Part shown: piece after piece, positions 27,983 through 37,481 of the stretch | How the letters are laid out: the number at the start of each line of letters is the position of its first letter | Numbering within the stretch: position 1 is the stretch's first letter | From: an uncultured Chloroflexia bacterium | GTDB taxonomy: Bacteria; Chloroflexota; Limnocylindria; Limnocylindrales; CSP1-4 | NCBI GenBank assembly: GCA_963729175.1 | Contig: CAVSMY010000010.1 | Coordinates: 264,291 to 328,290 of the forward strand | DNA: 64,000 bases | Reading direction: 5' to 3' | Position numbers and translations under genes: made by a program | The notes under the pieces: model-generated | The model's database searches: none | What the model was told of the DNA's origin: nothing | Seen by the model: the letters and a program-made list of their open reading frames with translations, nothing else

Positions 27983-28969
27983 ATGCGCGCCTCGCGTCTC
28001 GTCTCGCTGCTCCTGCTGCTCCAGACGCGCGGTCAGCTGACCGCCGCCGAGCTCGCGCGCGAGCTGGAGGTCTCCGTCCGGACGGTCCACCGTGACGTCG
28101 AGGCGCTGGCGGAGTCAGGCGTCCCGATCTACGCCGAGCGCGGCCCGCACGGCGGCATCCGGCTCGTCGACGGCTATCGGACCCGCCTCACCGGCCTGAC
28201 CCCCGACGAGGCCGAGGCGATCTTCCTCTCGGGACTGCCCGGACCCGCGGCCGAGCTCGGGCTCGGGACGGTGGTCGCCGCGGCTCGCCTCAAGGTCCTG
28301 GCTGCGCTGCCGACGGAGCTTCGGGCGCGGGCCTCGCGGCTGGTCGAGCGGTTCCACCTCGACGCCGCGTACTGGTTCGATACGGGCGAGCCGGTCCCGA
28401 ACCTGGCGCTCGTCTCGGAGGCCGTCTGGGAGGGCCGCCGGCTGGAGATCGAGTACGACCGTGGCGAGGTGGTCGCCCGGGTCATCGACCCGCTCGGCTT
28501 GGTGATCAAGGGCGGCGTCTGGTATCTCGTCGCCCTGAGCGACGGCCAGACCCGGACGTACCGCGTCTCGCGCGTCGTCTCGGCGAGCATCCTCGACGAG
28601 CGGGTCGTCCGGCCGCCGGACTTCGACCTGGCGACGTACTGGGAGGAGTCGAGCGCGGCGTTCGAGCGCGACGTCCCCCGGATCACGATCATCGTCCGCG
28701 TCCGACCCGATCGGATGGACAGCCTTGCGCGGGCCGTCGGCAGTCGCGCGGTGAGAGCTGCCGAGACCCTCGACCGGCCCGACCCGGAAGGCTGGCACCA
28801 CCTCCGGATCCGGCTGGCGTGGCCGGACGAGGCGGCCTCGATCCTGCTGGCTGGTGGATCCGACATCGAGGTCCTCGAGCCGGCCGACGTCCGCGAACGG
28901 ATCGTCCGGAAGGCCGGTCGGATCCTCGAGCGCTACGGGGTGACTTCGCCGGTCCCGACCGGCCGATGA
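27983..28969 (+). CDS. WYL-domain transcriptional regulator (HTH-WYL-WCX; PafBC/CapW/BrxR-like)
   Basis: N-terminal wHTH (LTAAELARELEVSVRTVHRDVEAL), central WYL region (GGVWYLVAL), C-terminal extension. Confidence 0.85.
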   Translation: MRASRLVSLLLLLQTRGQLTAAELARELEVSVRTVHRDVEALAESGVPIYAERGPHGGIRLVDGYRTRLTGLTPDEAEAIFLSGLPGPAAELGLGTVVAAARLKVLAALPTELRARASRLVERFHLDAAYWFDTGEPVPNLALVSEAVWEGRRLEIEYDRGEVVARVIDPLGLVIKGGVWYLVALSDGQTRTYRVSRVVSASILDERVVRPPDFDLATYWEESSAAFERDVPRITIIVRVRPDRMDSLARAVGSRAVRAAETLDRPDPEGWHHLRIRLAWPDEAASILLAGGSDIEVLEPADVRERIVRKAGRILERYGVTSPVPTGR

Positions 28970-29221
28970 GGATGCGACCGCGTCGGTCGTGAGGCCGGCC
29001 GGGCGAGCGTGGCGACGCGCCCGGCGGCGGCCTTGATCTCCTGGACGAGGGCGTGATCGCGGGCATAGTCCTCGATCCGCCGCTGTCGCTCGACGTGGAG
29101 TGCATGGGTGAGCTGGTGCTGTGGGAGGAGCATCGGGCCTGTCCTCGTGCCTGCGATCGGCGGTCGATCGCGTGGTCTCGCTGGTTTCCCAGACCCTACC
29201 GCCTGAACCTGCCAGGTTCTG

Positions 29222-30481
29222 TCATGAACTAGCCAGGATGGTCGGATCGGCCCGGACGACGTCCCCCACGTCGCCGCGGAGGGCCGGATGGATCAGCCCG
29301 ACAAGGCCCGGGACCGCGATGCACGCCGCCGCAGCCAGCGCGACGAGCTCGACCGGCGATCCCGTCAGGGCGATGCCGGCGAGCGCTCCGCCGATCGGCG
29401 GGGTCGACTGCATCAACGTCCGGAGCGACGCGAAGACGCGGCCCCGCATCGCCGGCGGGATGAGCCGCATCCGGATCGTCTGGGCCCAGATCGTCAGGGG
29501 CGAGACGAGCAGCCCGAACACGGCGAGCATGACGAGCGTCCCGGCAAGGGCCGGGCGAAGCGCCAGGCCGGCCAGGACGATCCCGGCGCTCGCCTGGGCG
29601 ATGGCGACGGAACGGCCGAGTGGCCAGCGCCAGCGGATCGCCCCGACCACGGTCGAGCCGAGCAGCATCCCCGCGGTCATCGCGCTGACGAGCGCGCCGT
29701 ACGTGGCGGCATCGCCGGCCAGGACCTCGCGGGCGATCGTCGGGAGGAGGACGAGCAGGGCGCCCTCGCCGATGTTCGCGCCCATGAACATCAGGGTGAT
29801 CGCGAGGATCGCCGGGGTCGTGACGATGAACACGAAGGCCGGCCGGAGGCCACGGGCGGCCGCATCAGGAGACCCGTCCTCGTCCGCGTCGCGTGGATCG
29901 CGGCCGCGCCAGCGCATCGCGACCAGGCAGCCGACGAAGACCGCGTAGCTCGCGGCATCGACGAGCAGGACCCACCGCGCCCCGACGAAGCCGATCAGGA
30001 TGCCGGCGATCGCCGGACCGGCGAGCCCGCCCAGCGAGTAGCTGATCGTCTCCATCGCGTTGGCCGTCTCGAGCCGGTCGCTCGGGACGAGCGAGGGGAG
30101 CATCGACGGGATCCCCGCAAGGCTGACCATGTAGAGCAGCCCGTAGACCGCGGCGACGACGAACAGCCAGCCCGATCCGAGGATGCCGAGGCCGGCCGCG
30201 ACCGGCACCGACGCGACGGCGAGCCCCCGGATCGTGTTGTCGGCGATGAGGACCCGGCGCTTGTCGAAACGATCGAGGACGAGGCCGGCGGCGAGCCCGC
30301 CGACGATGACCGGCGCCGTGTAGCAGACGACCAGGAGGCCGACGTCGGCCGACCCGCCGCCGAGCTCATAGACGAGCCAGACGAGCGTCACCCACGACAG
30401 GCCATCGCCGAGGATCGATGCCGTGGCTCCGAGCCACAGCAGGGCGAAGTCCCGGTGTCGGAGCAGTTCGAGGTATCGCAT
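29222..30481 (-). CDS. MFS transporter
   Basis: 12 TMS. MFS motif GLVLDRFDKRRVL. Confidence 0.85.
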   Translation of the reverse strand: MRYLELLRHRDFALLWLGATASILGDGLSWVTLVWLVYELGGGSADVGLLVVCYTAPVIVGGLAAGLVLDRFDKRRVLIADNTIRGLAVASVPVAAGLGILGSGWLFVVAAVYGLLYMVSLAGIPSMLPSLVPSDRLETANAMETISYSLGGLAGPAIAGILIGFVGARWVLLVDAASYAVFVGCLVAMRWRGRDPRDADEDGSPDAAARGLRPAFVFIVTTPAILAITLMFMGANIGEGALLVLLPTIAREVLAGDAATYGALVSAMTAGMLLGSTVVGAIRWRWPLGRSVAIAQASAGIVLAGLALRPALAGTLVMLAVFGLLVSPLTIWAQTIRMRLIPPAMRGRVFASLRTLMQSTPPIGGALAGIALTGSPVELVALAAAACIAVPGLVGLIHPALRGDVGDVVRADPTILASS

Positions 30482-30563
30482 CGGCCTGACCGGCAGCCTA
30501 CGGAGCAGTCCTGCCGGGACATGTCAGGAAATGGCCCACCGGGCTCGGGCTACCATCGCCGCG

Positions 30564-31304
30564 ATGACGTCCCCCGCCGCCGTCGCGCGCTGGCTCGTCG
30601 CCGACCCGCCGGCTTACCCCGAGCGACCGATCGACCGGCTCAGGCTGCCGATCCTCGGTCTCGACGTACCGGCGTTCGCGACCCTGACGCTGGCGGTCGT
30701 GACGATCCTGCTCCTGTACGACCGCAACTACGACATCCTGCCGCGGTTCGGCGAGATCGACCCGCGGAGCCTGCGCAACCAGGCGATCGAGCGGCTCGTG
30801 TTCTTCGGGATCGTGCCGGTCGTCCTGCTGCTGCTCCTGCGCGAGGACCCCCGCGTCTATGGGCTGCGGATCGGCGACGCGCGGCGCGGGCTCGTGCTCC
30901 TTCTCCTCCTCTCGATCGTGACGGTCCCGGCGATCGTCATCGTCGCCACGGTGCCGACGATCCGGGACTGGTATGCGCCGTCGATGACGACCGTCTCGAG
31001 CGTGGCGGTCACGAATGTCCTGGACCTCTATGCGAGCGAGTTCCTCCTCCGCGGCTTCCTCCTGTTCGCCCTCGTCCGGGCGATCGGTCCACTGGGCGTC
31101 ATCGTCGCGATCGTCCCGTTCACGTTCACCCATATCGGCAAGCCGGACATCGAGGCGGCCTCGACGCTCCTGGGCGGGCTCGTGTTCGGCTGGATGGTCT
31201 GGCGGACCGGATCGATCTGGTACTCCGGCACGTACCACGTGATCATCCAGACGACCGTGATCGTCGCCGCGGCGGCGTGGGCCGGGCAGGGCGTGTCGCT
31301 GTGA
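30564..31304 (+). CDS. CPBP-family intramembrane metalloprotease (CAAX protease/Abi)
   Basis: EFLLRGFL (EExxxR), FTHIGKP (FxxxH), WRTGSIWYSGTYH motifs. Polytopic membrane protein. Confidence 0.8.
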   Translation: MTSPAAVARWLVADPPAYPERPIDRLRLPILGLDVPAFATLTLAVVTILLLYDRNYDILPRFGEIDPRSLRNQAIERLVFFGIVPVVLLLLLREDPRVYGLRIGDARRGLVLLLLLSIVTVPAIVIVATVPTIRDWYAPSMTTVSSVAVTNVLDLYASEFLLRGFLLFALVRAIGPLGVIVAIVPFTFTHIGKPDIEAASTLLGGLVFGWMVWRTGSIWYSGTYHVIIQTTVIVAAAAWAGQGVSL

Positions 31305-32593
31305 TCCCACTCCCGCGGATCCGGGCTCTGCTCGCCTTGATCGCGTCCGGCGTCGTGCTCGTCTCGGCCTGTGGGCCGACATCGGCGCCATCGGCGACCC
31401 GGACCGAGGCGACGTCGGGCACGACGAGCCCCTCGTCCTCGCCGTCGCCGAGCCCCTCCCCGATCACGGGTCTGACGTGGGGTCGGGCGGACGCGGTCGA
31501 GCGGCCGCAGATCGCGTTCGAGCTGCCGTCAGGGCCACCGCCGTCGGGACCCTCGGGGCCGGGCACCGCCGGTCACCCAGGGCACTTCCCCGGCCAGTCG
31601 ATCGTCCAGGGTCTCGCCGTCGGCCCGGACTCGCTCGTCGCGATCGGATCGACCTATCCGGGCTGGACGCCGACCGCGTGGCGCTCGACCGACGCTCGCC
31701 ACTGGCAGCTCGTCGCGATGGGCGCGGAGACGGCGACGTTCCCGGTCGCCATCACGACCGGCGCACAGGGAGAGCTCGTCGCGGTCGGCCGGTCGGATCG
31801 CATCGCCGTCGCCTGGACCTCGACCGACGGCCTCGGGTGGGCGATGCACAAGCTCCCGGTCGACTCTGCCACCTCGGAGCGTGCCTGGGCAGTGCTCCCG
31901 TACGGTGACGGGTACCTCGCCGGCGGGTCGATCGGGCCGGAGATCGGCGAGCGCCACGCGCGCTTCTGGCGCTCGGAGGACGGCGCGTCATGGCGGGCGG
32001 TCGCCGACGATCCCGCGTTCGAGGGCGCGGAGATCCGCGACATCGTGGACACGCCACGGGGCTTCGTCGCCCTGGCGACGACAGGCCCGGGCGAACGGCC
32101 GACCGGTTCGGTCGCGTTCGTTTCGCGGGACGGAGACATGTGGACGAGGGTCGACGACCCATCGCTGGCCGCTGGGCTCGTCGCCGGCGCGACGGTCGGG
32201 CCGCACCAGCAGATCGTCGCCGTCGGGACCACGCCCCAGCAGGACGAGGCGGTCGTCTGGAGCTCAGACGTCGGGACGAGCTGGCAGCGTCAGCCAGCCG
32301 AGTACAGCCGTGACGGGCTTGGCGGCAAGGTCCTCATGACCGCGGTGGCGCGATGGGCCGACTCGCTCGTGGCCGTCGGCGAGTCAAATGCCCTCCAGTA
32401 CCCCGATGCCCGGATCTGGACCTCGGCGGATGTCCGGACGTGGTCGACTGCGCCGCGCCAGCCGATCCTGAACCAGGGAGAGATGACGGCGGTCGCTCCG
32501 TTCCGGGACGGGCTCGTGGCGGTCGGGACGTTCGGAGCCCCCGACGACTCCATCCCCCAGGTCTGGCTCAGCCCGCCATCGCTCGGCGGCTGA
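31301..32593 (+). CDS. Lipoprotein with six W-x-S-x-D-G-x-x-W repeats (predicted beta-propeller)
   Basis: GTG start overlapping the CPBP stop (GTGA). Signal peptide plus lipobox LVSAC. Repeats AWRSTDARHW, AWTSTDGLGW, FWRSEDGASW, FVSRDGDMW, VWSSDVGTSW, IWTSADVRTW. Confidence 0.7.
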   Translation: MIPLPRIRALLALIASGVVLVSACGPTSAPSATRTEATSGTTSPSSSPSPSPSPITGLTWGRADAVERPQIAFELPSGPPPSGPSGPGTAGHPGHFPGQSIVQGLAVGPDSLVAIGSTYPGWTPTAWRSTDARHWQLVAMGAETATFPVAITTGAQGELVAVGRSDRIAVAWTSTDGLGWAMHKLPVDSATSERAWAVLPYGDGYLAGGSIGPEIGERHARFWRSEDGASWRAVADDPAFEGAEIRDIVDTPRGFVALATTGPGERPTGSVAFVSRDGDMWTRVDDPSLAAGLVAGATVGPHQQIVAVGTTPQQDEAVVWSSDVGTSWQRQPAEYSRDGLGGKVLMTAVARWADSLVAVGESNALQYPDARIWTSADVRTWSTAPRQPILNQGEMTAVAPFRDGLVAVGTFGAPDDSIPQVWLSPPSLGG

Positions 32594-32607
32594 CTGCCCA
32601 TCGGGCG

Positions 32608-32660
32608 CTTGACATCGCGATCGCGGGACCGGTATTCTGCCGCACAGTTAATTAGCCATG
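32608..32660 (+). promoter_or_regulatory. Near-consensus promoter and operator for the arsR–FAD oxidase operon
   Basis: TTGACA-N17-TATTCT, then inverted repeat TGCCGCA-N14-TGCGGCA. AT-rich island. Confidence 0.5.
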
Positions 32661-32693
32661 CGGCAAAGTACAGGACGACGACCGGCACCCAGG

Positions 32694-33059
32694 ATGGACA
32701 CCGACCCACTCAGCACGACCCTCAACGCGCTCGCCGATCCGACCCGACGGGCGATCCTGACTCGACTGGCTCAGGGCGAAGCGACCGTCTCGGAGCTCGC
32801 CGCCCCGTTCGACATGAGCCTGCCTGGCGTGTCGAAGCATCTGAAAGTCCTCCGCAACGCGGGTCTCATCACGCAGGGTCGTGATGCCCAGTGGCGACCA
32901 TGCAAGATCGAGCCCGCGCCGCTGCGCGACGTCTCCGATTGGGTCGGTCAGTACCGCAGGCTGTGGGAGGAGCGGCTCGACAGGATGGACGCCGTGCTGC
33001 GCGAGATGCAGGGCCTGCCGCCCAGCTCCCCCAGCGACGGACAAGGAGAAGACCGATGA
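32694..33059 (+). CDS. ArsR/SmtB-family transcriptional regulator
   Basis: LADPTRRAILTRLAQGEATVSELAAPFDMSLPGVSKHLKVLRNAGLI. Confidence 0.85.
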   Translation: MDTDPLSTTLNALADPTRRAILTRLAQGEATVSELAAPFDMSLPGVSKHLKVLRNAGLITQGRDAQWRPCKIEPAPLRDVSDWVGQYRRLWEERLDRMDAVLREMQGLPPSSPSDGQGEDR

Positions 33060-34450
33060 CCGTGACGCGCGACGACACCGCCACCGCCCTGGCGTCGCTC
33101 CAGGCGTCCCTGCGCGGGACCGTGATCGGACCGGAGGACGCCGAGTACGACGCCGCCCGCCGGGTCTTCCTCGGTGACGTCGACGGCCGCCCGGCAGCGA
33201 TCGCCCGCGTCGCTGACACCGAAGACGTCGCTCGGGTCATCGAGATCGCCCGCGAGTCGGGTCTGGAGCTGGCGGTCCGGAGCGGCGGTCACAGTGCCGC
33301 CGGCCACAGCACGACCGACGGTGGCATCGTCCTCGACCTCCACGATCTGACGAGCCTCGACATCGACGCCGACGACCGTTCGGCGTGGGCCGGTGGGGGT
33401 CTGACAGCCGGCGCGTACTCGAGCGCGGTCGGCGCCCAGGGGCTCGCGACGGGCTTCGGCGACACGGCATCCGTCGGGATCGGCGGGATCACCCTCGGCG
33501 GTGGGATCGGCTACCTCGTCCGCAAGCACGGTCTGACGATCGACTCGCTGCTCGGCGCGGAGATCATCACGGCCGATGGCCGGGCCAGGGTCGTCGACGC
33601 CGAGCACGAGCCGGATCTCTTCTGGGCCCTCCGCGGCGGTGGCGGCAACTTCGGCGTCGTCACCCGGTTCCGGTACCGGCTCCATCCGCTGCCGGAGGCG
33701 TTCGGTGGGCTCCTCGTCCTGCCCGCGACGGCGGAGACGATCGCCGGCTTTCTCGCTGCGGCCGAAGCGGCCCCGGACGAGCTCTCGACGATCGCGAACG
33801 TCATGCCGTGCCCGCCGCTGCCCTTCGTCGCGGAGGAGCATCACGGCCGGCTGGTGATCTTCGGCATCCTCCTGTTCGCCGGCGACCCGGCCGATGGGCA
33901 GCGTGCCGTCGCACCGTTCCGGGCGCTGGCGACGCCGCTCGGGGACCTCCTCCGACCGATGCCGTACGCCGAGATCTACCCGCCGGAGGACGAGTCGTAT
34001 CGACCGCTGGCGTTCAGCCGGACGCTGTTCACCGATCACATCGACGAGTCGACCGCGGCAAACATCCTGGAGCGCCTGGCGGCGATCGACGCACCGATGC
34101 GGGTCGCCCAGCTCCGGGCCCTGGGTGGCGCGATGGCCCGGGTGCCCCCGGACGCGACCGCGTTCGCTCACCGCGACAGCCGGCTGATGGTCAGCGTCGC
34201 CGCGTTCTATGGCGGTCCGGAGGACCTTCCCGAGAAGCAGGCGTGGGTCGAGGACCTCGCGGCCGACCTTCGCCAGGGCGCGCCACGGGCGTACGTGAAC
34301 TTCCTGGCCGATGAAGGCGAGGCGCGGATCCACGACGCCTACCCGGGCGCGACCTGGGACCGCCTCGCGGCGATCAAGGCCGCCGTCGACCCGGACAACC
34401 TGTTCCACCTGAACCAGAACGTCCGACCCGCGCAGGAGCGGGCCCGATGA
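33056..34450 (+). CDS. FAD-linked oxidase (PCMH-type FAD-binding, BBE-like)
   Basis: AAGGAG SD. ATGA overlap with arsR. FAD-binding GGGHS..G motifs and a BBE-like C-terminus. Confidence 0.85.
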   Translation: MTVTRDDTATALASLQASLRGTVIGPEDAEYDAARRVFLGDVDGRPAAIARVADTEDVARVIEIARESGLELAVRSGGHSAAGHSTTDGGIVLDLHDLTSLDIDADDRSAWAGGGLTAGAYSSAVGAQGLATGFGDTASVGIGGITLGGGIGYLVRKHGLTIDSLLGAEIITADGRARVVDAEHEPDLFWALRGGGGNFGVVTRFRYRLHPLPEAFGGLLVLPATAETIAGFLAAAEAAPDELSTIANVMPCPPLPFVAEEHHGRLVIFGILLFAGDPADGQRAVAPFRALATPLGDLLRPMPYAEIYPPEDESYRPLAFSRTLFTDHIDESTAANILERLAAIDAPMRVAQLRALGGAMARVPPDATAFAHRDSRLMVSVAAFYGGPEDLPEKQAWVEDLAADLRQGAPRAYVNFLADEGEARIHDAYPGATWDRLAAIKAAVDPDNLFHLNQNVRPAQERAR

Positions 34451-34574
34451 CGCCGCGGATCGCAGCCCTCGAGGCGTCCCCGACCAGCTGACCGTCGGGG
34501 CGTCAGGCGGCCGACGCTCGCCGAGTCCGCCGTCCCGCTGCGACCCTCGTGTCGCCTCGGGTACGGTCACCACA

Positions 34575-34603
34575 TCAGCGCCGGCCTCGGTCTCCGAGGC
34601 CGG
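34575..34603 (+). terminator. Strong hairpin downstream of the FAD oxidase
   Basis: GCGCCGGCCTCGG-tct-CCGAGGCCGGCGC (13-bp perfect stem). Confidence 0.45.
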
Positions 34604-34640
34604 CGCATCCGCGTTCCACGCCCGGCGCTACAGTCAGGCC

Positions 34641-34919
34641 GTGACCTACGACGATCTGCTCAAGCTTGCTCGTCGAGCCGAGGGTCAGACCCTCGAGACC
34701 GTCACCGGACGCCGGTTCACGGTCGGGATCTACCTCGACTGCCCGTTCTTCACGCCGGCCTCGAGCGGTCTCGGGCGGAGCGATGGCCGGCGGGCGGCCG
34801 AGGCGTTCGTCGAGCGGTACACCGCCACCGGCAGCCTCCGGCCCGCCGACTACGCTCGGACGACCCGCAACGCCTCGTACTTCATCGGGCTCGTCCTGTG
34901 GGGCATGTCGCATCCTTGA
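34641..34919 (+). CDS. Hypothetical small protein (92 aa)
   Basis: GTG start. GC3-biased codons. MTYDDLLKLARRAEGQTLETVTGRRFTVGIYLDCPFF... Confidence 0.45.
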   Translation: MTYDDLLKLARRAEGQTLETVTGRRFTVGIYLDCPFFTPASSGLGRSDGRRAAEAFVERYTATGSLRPADYARTTRNASYFIGLVLWGMSHP

Positions 34920-35098
34920 CCCAGCGTCCTCTGACTCTGAGGCCGTGGATGGCCCATCCGATGTCCTGGTCGACGGCCCCACCGCGCTCACGGTCGAGTT
35001 CACGTCGCCCTCCGGCGGCATCGTCCCCGACGAGTCCGACATCATGCAGACGTTGACCTTCACGTCCTAGGCGTCCCGGAGCGCCCGCCGCTCGCCTG

Positions 35099-35449
35099 TC
35101 AGCCGATGTCGACCACGCAGAAGCGATTGCCCTCGGGGTCGGCCAGGATCACGTAGTCGGCGTCGGGCGGGCGCTTGTCCCAGTGGACCTCGGTGGCGCC
35201 CAACCCGATCAGGCGCTCGACCTCGGCCGCCTGGTCCTCCGCGTACAGGTCGAGGTGGATCTTCGGCGGGATCTGGACCGGCGCCCGGACCTGATCGAGG
35301 GACAGATTCGGGCCCGCGCCATCGTGGGGTCGCAGGATCGCGAAGTCGCCGTCGCGATGCCCGACCTCGTAATCAAGGGCGGCCGTCCAGAACGCGATCT
35401 GGCGCTCGGTGTCCTCGGTCCGGATGACGATCGAGCCGACGCGCAGCAT
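35099..35449 (-). CDS. VOC (glyoxalase/bleomycin-resistance/dioxygenase) family protein
   Basis: 117 aa, VOC-fold signature. Directly downstream of the ribosomal-protection gene. Confidence 0.75.
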   Translation of the reverse strand: MLRVGSIVIRTEDTERQIAFWTAALDYEVGHRDGDFAILRPHDGAGPNLSLDQVRAPVQIPPKIHLDLYAEDQAAEVERLIGLGATEVHWDKRPPDADYVILADPEGNRFCVVDIG

Positions 35450-35474
35450 GGCCCGAGGATATCGCCGGATCACC

Positions 35475-37481
35475 TCAACCGCGACGGACGAGATGCGCCA
35501 GCCACGCGTCCCGGTCGAGGGGGCTCGGAGCGGTCCGCTCGCGCCGCGGCGGCGACACCGGGACCGGCTGGTAGCCACCGGGCCGGGTCTCGATCACGCC
35601 TTCGCCGCCGGTCAGGCCCGACAGCTGATGCTGGAGATCGCGGACCCGGGCCACGGGCAGGACGGCGTCGACGGTCGAGAGCCCGTTCGCCGAGAACTGG
35701 CTCCGGACCCGTCCCCCGAGACGTCCGAGGGCGGCGAGGACCCCTGGAGCGCTGGCCGACGGCATCTCGAGGGCGGCTGTGACGAGCGGCTCGCAGACCC
35801 ACGTCCCGGCCTGTTCCAGGGCCGTCATGAGGACCAGCTGGGTGAGCCGGCGGAAGTCGGCCGGGGTGGTGGTCGGCGACATGTAGCCGCAGTCCCACAT
35901 CGTCACTCGGCAATCATTCACCTGCCAGCCGCTCAGCCCCTCGGCCAGCGCCTCGCGGACGTAGACCTCCATCTGCTGGGTCATCGCCTCGACGGTCCGG
36001 TAGATGTACAGCGGGACGAGCCGGACCTCGACATCGAGCCGAAACTCGATCCCCGATCCGGGCGGGAGCGGTTCGATGCGGAGGCCGCTCGTCGCGGGGA
36101 ACGGGTTCGTGCTGAGCGGCGAGCTCCGACCGGTGATGTTCGACTTCGAGCGGGCGTGGATCACTTCGTCGGCCGAGCCGGTCCGGGCCGGCCACTCCAT
36201 GCACAGGGTCGTCGTCTCGCGGAAGTCGGCCTCGATCCCGTAGTCGCGCAGGAGGGTCGCCCCGATGACCTCCTTCTGGACGTCGCCGTAGAGCGAGACG
36301 GAGATCTCGTGCCGGCGGTCGTCCTGCCGGACGTTGATGAGGGGGTCCTGCTCGGCCAGCTGTGACAGCGCCGCGCGGAGGCTGCCGCTCTGCTCCGGAT
36401 GGACCGCGTAGACGACCGACTCGAGGGTCGGCAGCGGGAAGTGCCGCTCGGTCGGATCGACCGGGGCCTCGCCGATCGCGTCGCCCACCTGGACGGCGCC
36501 GAGCCCCCAGACCCGGGCCATCTGACCGGCGGTCACCGACGCACGACCCGGCACGGGCCCGGGCAGGAAGGTGCTGATGGACGACGGCTTGGCCTCGGTC
36601 TCGCCGATCCAGACGCGGCGGCGAGGTCTCAGCGCGCCGGAGAAGAGCCGGACGTAGGCGACCCGTTCGCCCGACGCCGTCCGCTCGATCTTGAACACCC
36701 GACCGGAGACGGGCCCGTCCGGGACACCATCGGAGGCCGGGAGGAGCTCGGCGATGCCCGTGAGCAGCGCATCGATCCCCTGGCCGTTCATCGCCGACCC
36801 CGCGAAGACCGGGTGGACCAGACCCTGGCGCGTCTGGCGGGCGAGCGCGCGCCGGAGCCGGGGGCCGGTCAGCGCGGCCTCGTCGGTGAGGTAGTCGCGG
36901 AGGAGCGCCTCATCCCGCTCCGCGAGGGTCTCGGCAAGACGCTGGCGGAAGGCCGGGTCGTCATCGTCGCAGCGCGAGAAGGTGGCAGCCTTCGTGCCCG
37001 GGTCATGGACGGTCCCCATCGCCAGGACGCCCGGCGACAGCCGGCGCGCCATCGCGGCGAGGACGCGTCGATCGTCGGCCCCCGCGCGGTCGATCTTGTT
37101 GAGGAAGATCAGGGTCGGGACGCCCATCCGCCGGAGGGCCCGCATGAGCAGCGGTGTCTGGGGCTGGACGCCCTCGACGGCCGAGACGACGAGGACCGCC
37201 CCGTCGAGCACGCCAAGGACGCGCTCCACCTCGGCGATGAAGTCCGGGTGGCCGGGCGTGTCCACGAGATCGACCGCCAGGTCGCCGATCGCGAACGTCG
37301 CGACCGCGGAGCGGATGGTGATGCCGCGTTCGCGCTCGAGGTCGAGGAAGTCGGTCTGGGTGGTGCCGGCGTCGACGCTGCCGATCGAGGCGATCGCGCC
37401 GGAGGTGTAGAGAAGGCGCTCGGTGAGAGTGGTCTTACCGGCGTCGACGTGAGCGAGGATGCCGAGATTTAGGGTGCGCAT
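35475..37481 (-). CDS. Ribosomal protection protein, Tet(M)/Tet(O)/OtrA-like translational GTPase (EF-G family)
   Basis: 668 aa. G1 AHVDAGKTT, G3 DTPGH, G4 NKID. Domain organisation EF-G-like without the EF-G insertion. Confidence 0.85.
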   Translation of the reverse strand: MRTLNLGILAHVDAGKTTLTERLLYTSGAIASIGSVDAGTTQTDFLDLERERGITIRSAVATFAIGDLAVDLVDTPGHPDFIAEVERVLGVLDGAVLVVSAVEGVQPQTPLLMRALRRMGVPTLIFLNKIDRAGADDRRVLAAMARRLSPGVLAMGTVHDPGTKAATFSRCDDDDPAFRQRLAETLAERDEALLRDYLTDEAALTGPRLRRALARQTRQGLVHPVFAGSAMNGQGIDALLTGIAELLPASDGVPDGPVSGRVFKIERTASGERVAYVRLFSGALRPRRRVWIGETEAKPSSISTFLPGPVPGRASVTAGQMARVWGLGAVQVGDAIGEAPVDPTERHFPLPTLESVVYAVHPEQSGSLRAALSQLAEQDPLINVRQDDRRHEISVSLYGDVQKEVIGATLLRDYGIEADFRETTTLCMEWPARTGSADEVIHARSKSNITGRSSPLSTNPFPATSGLRIEPLPPGSGIEFRLDVEVRLVPLYIYRTVEAMTQQMEVYVREALAEGLSGWQVNDCRVTMWDCGYMSPTTTPADFRRLTQLVLMTALEQAGTWVCEPLVTAALEMPSASAPGVLAALGRLGGRVRSQFSANGLSTVDAVLPVARVRDLQHQLSGLTGGEGVIETRPGGYQPVPVSPPRRERTAPSPLDRDAWLAHLVRRG

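Noticed and set aside
28933-29133. 66-aa minus-strand ORF overlapping the WYL gene 3' end
   Set aside because: Weak start context, overlaps a well-supported gene, and has no recognisable motif. Kept only as a possibility.
29288-31300. Upstream two thirds of the 1101-aa plus-strand ORF (29288..32593)
   Set aside because: Antisense to the MFS transporter and out of register with the CPBP gene. Only the last 430 codons (31301-32593, GTG start, signal peptide plus lipobox) look like a real gene.
34945-35070. 41-codon GC3-biased ORF (VDGPSDVLVDGPTALTVEFTSPSGGIVPDESDIMQTLTFTS) after the 92-aa hypothetical
   Set aside because: Too short, with no SD and no motif. It could be a 3' remnant or chance ORF in GC-rich DNA.
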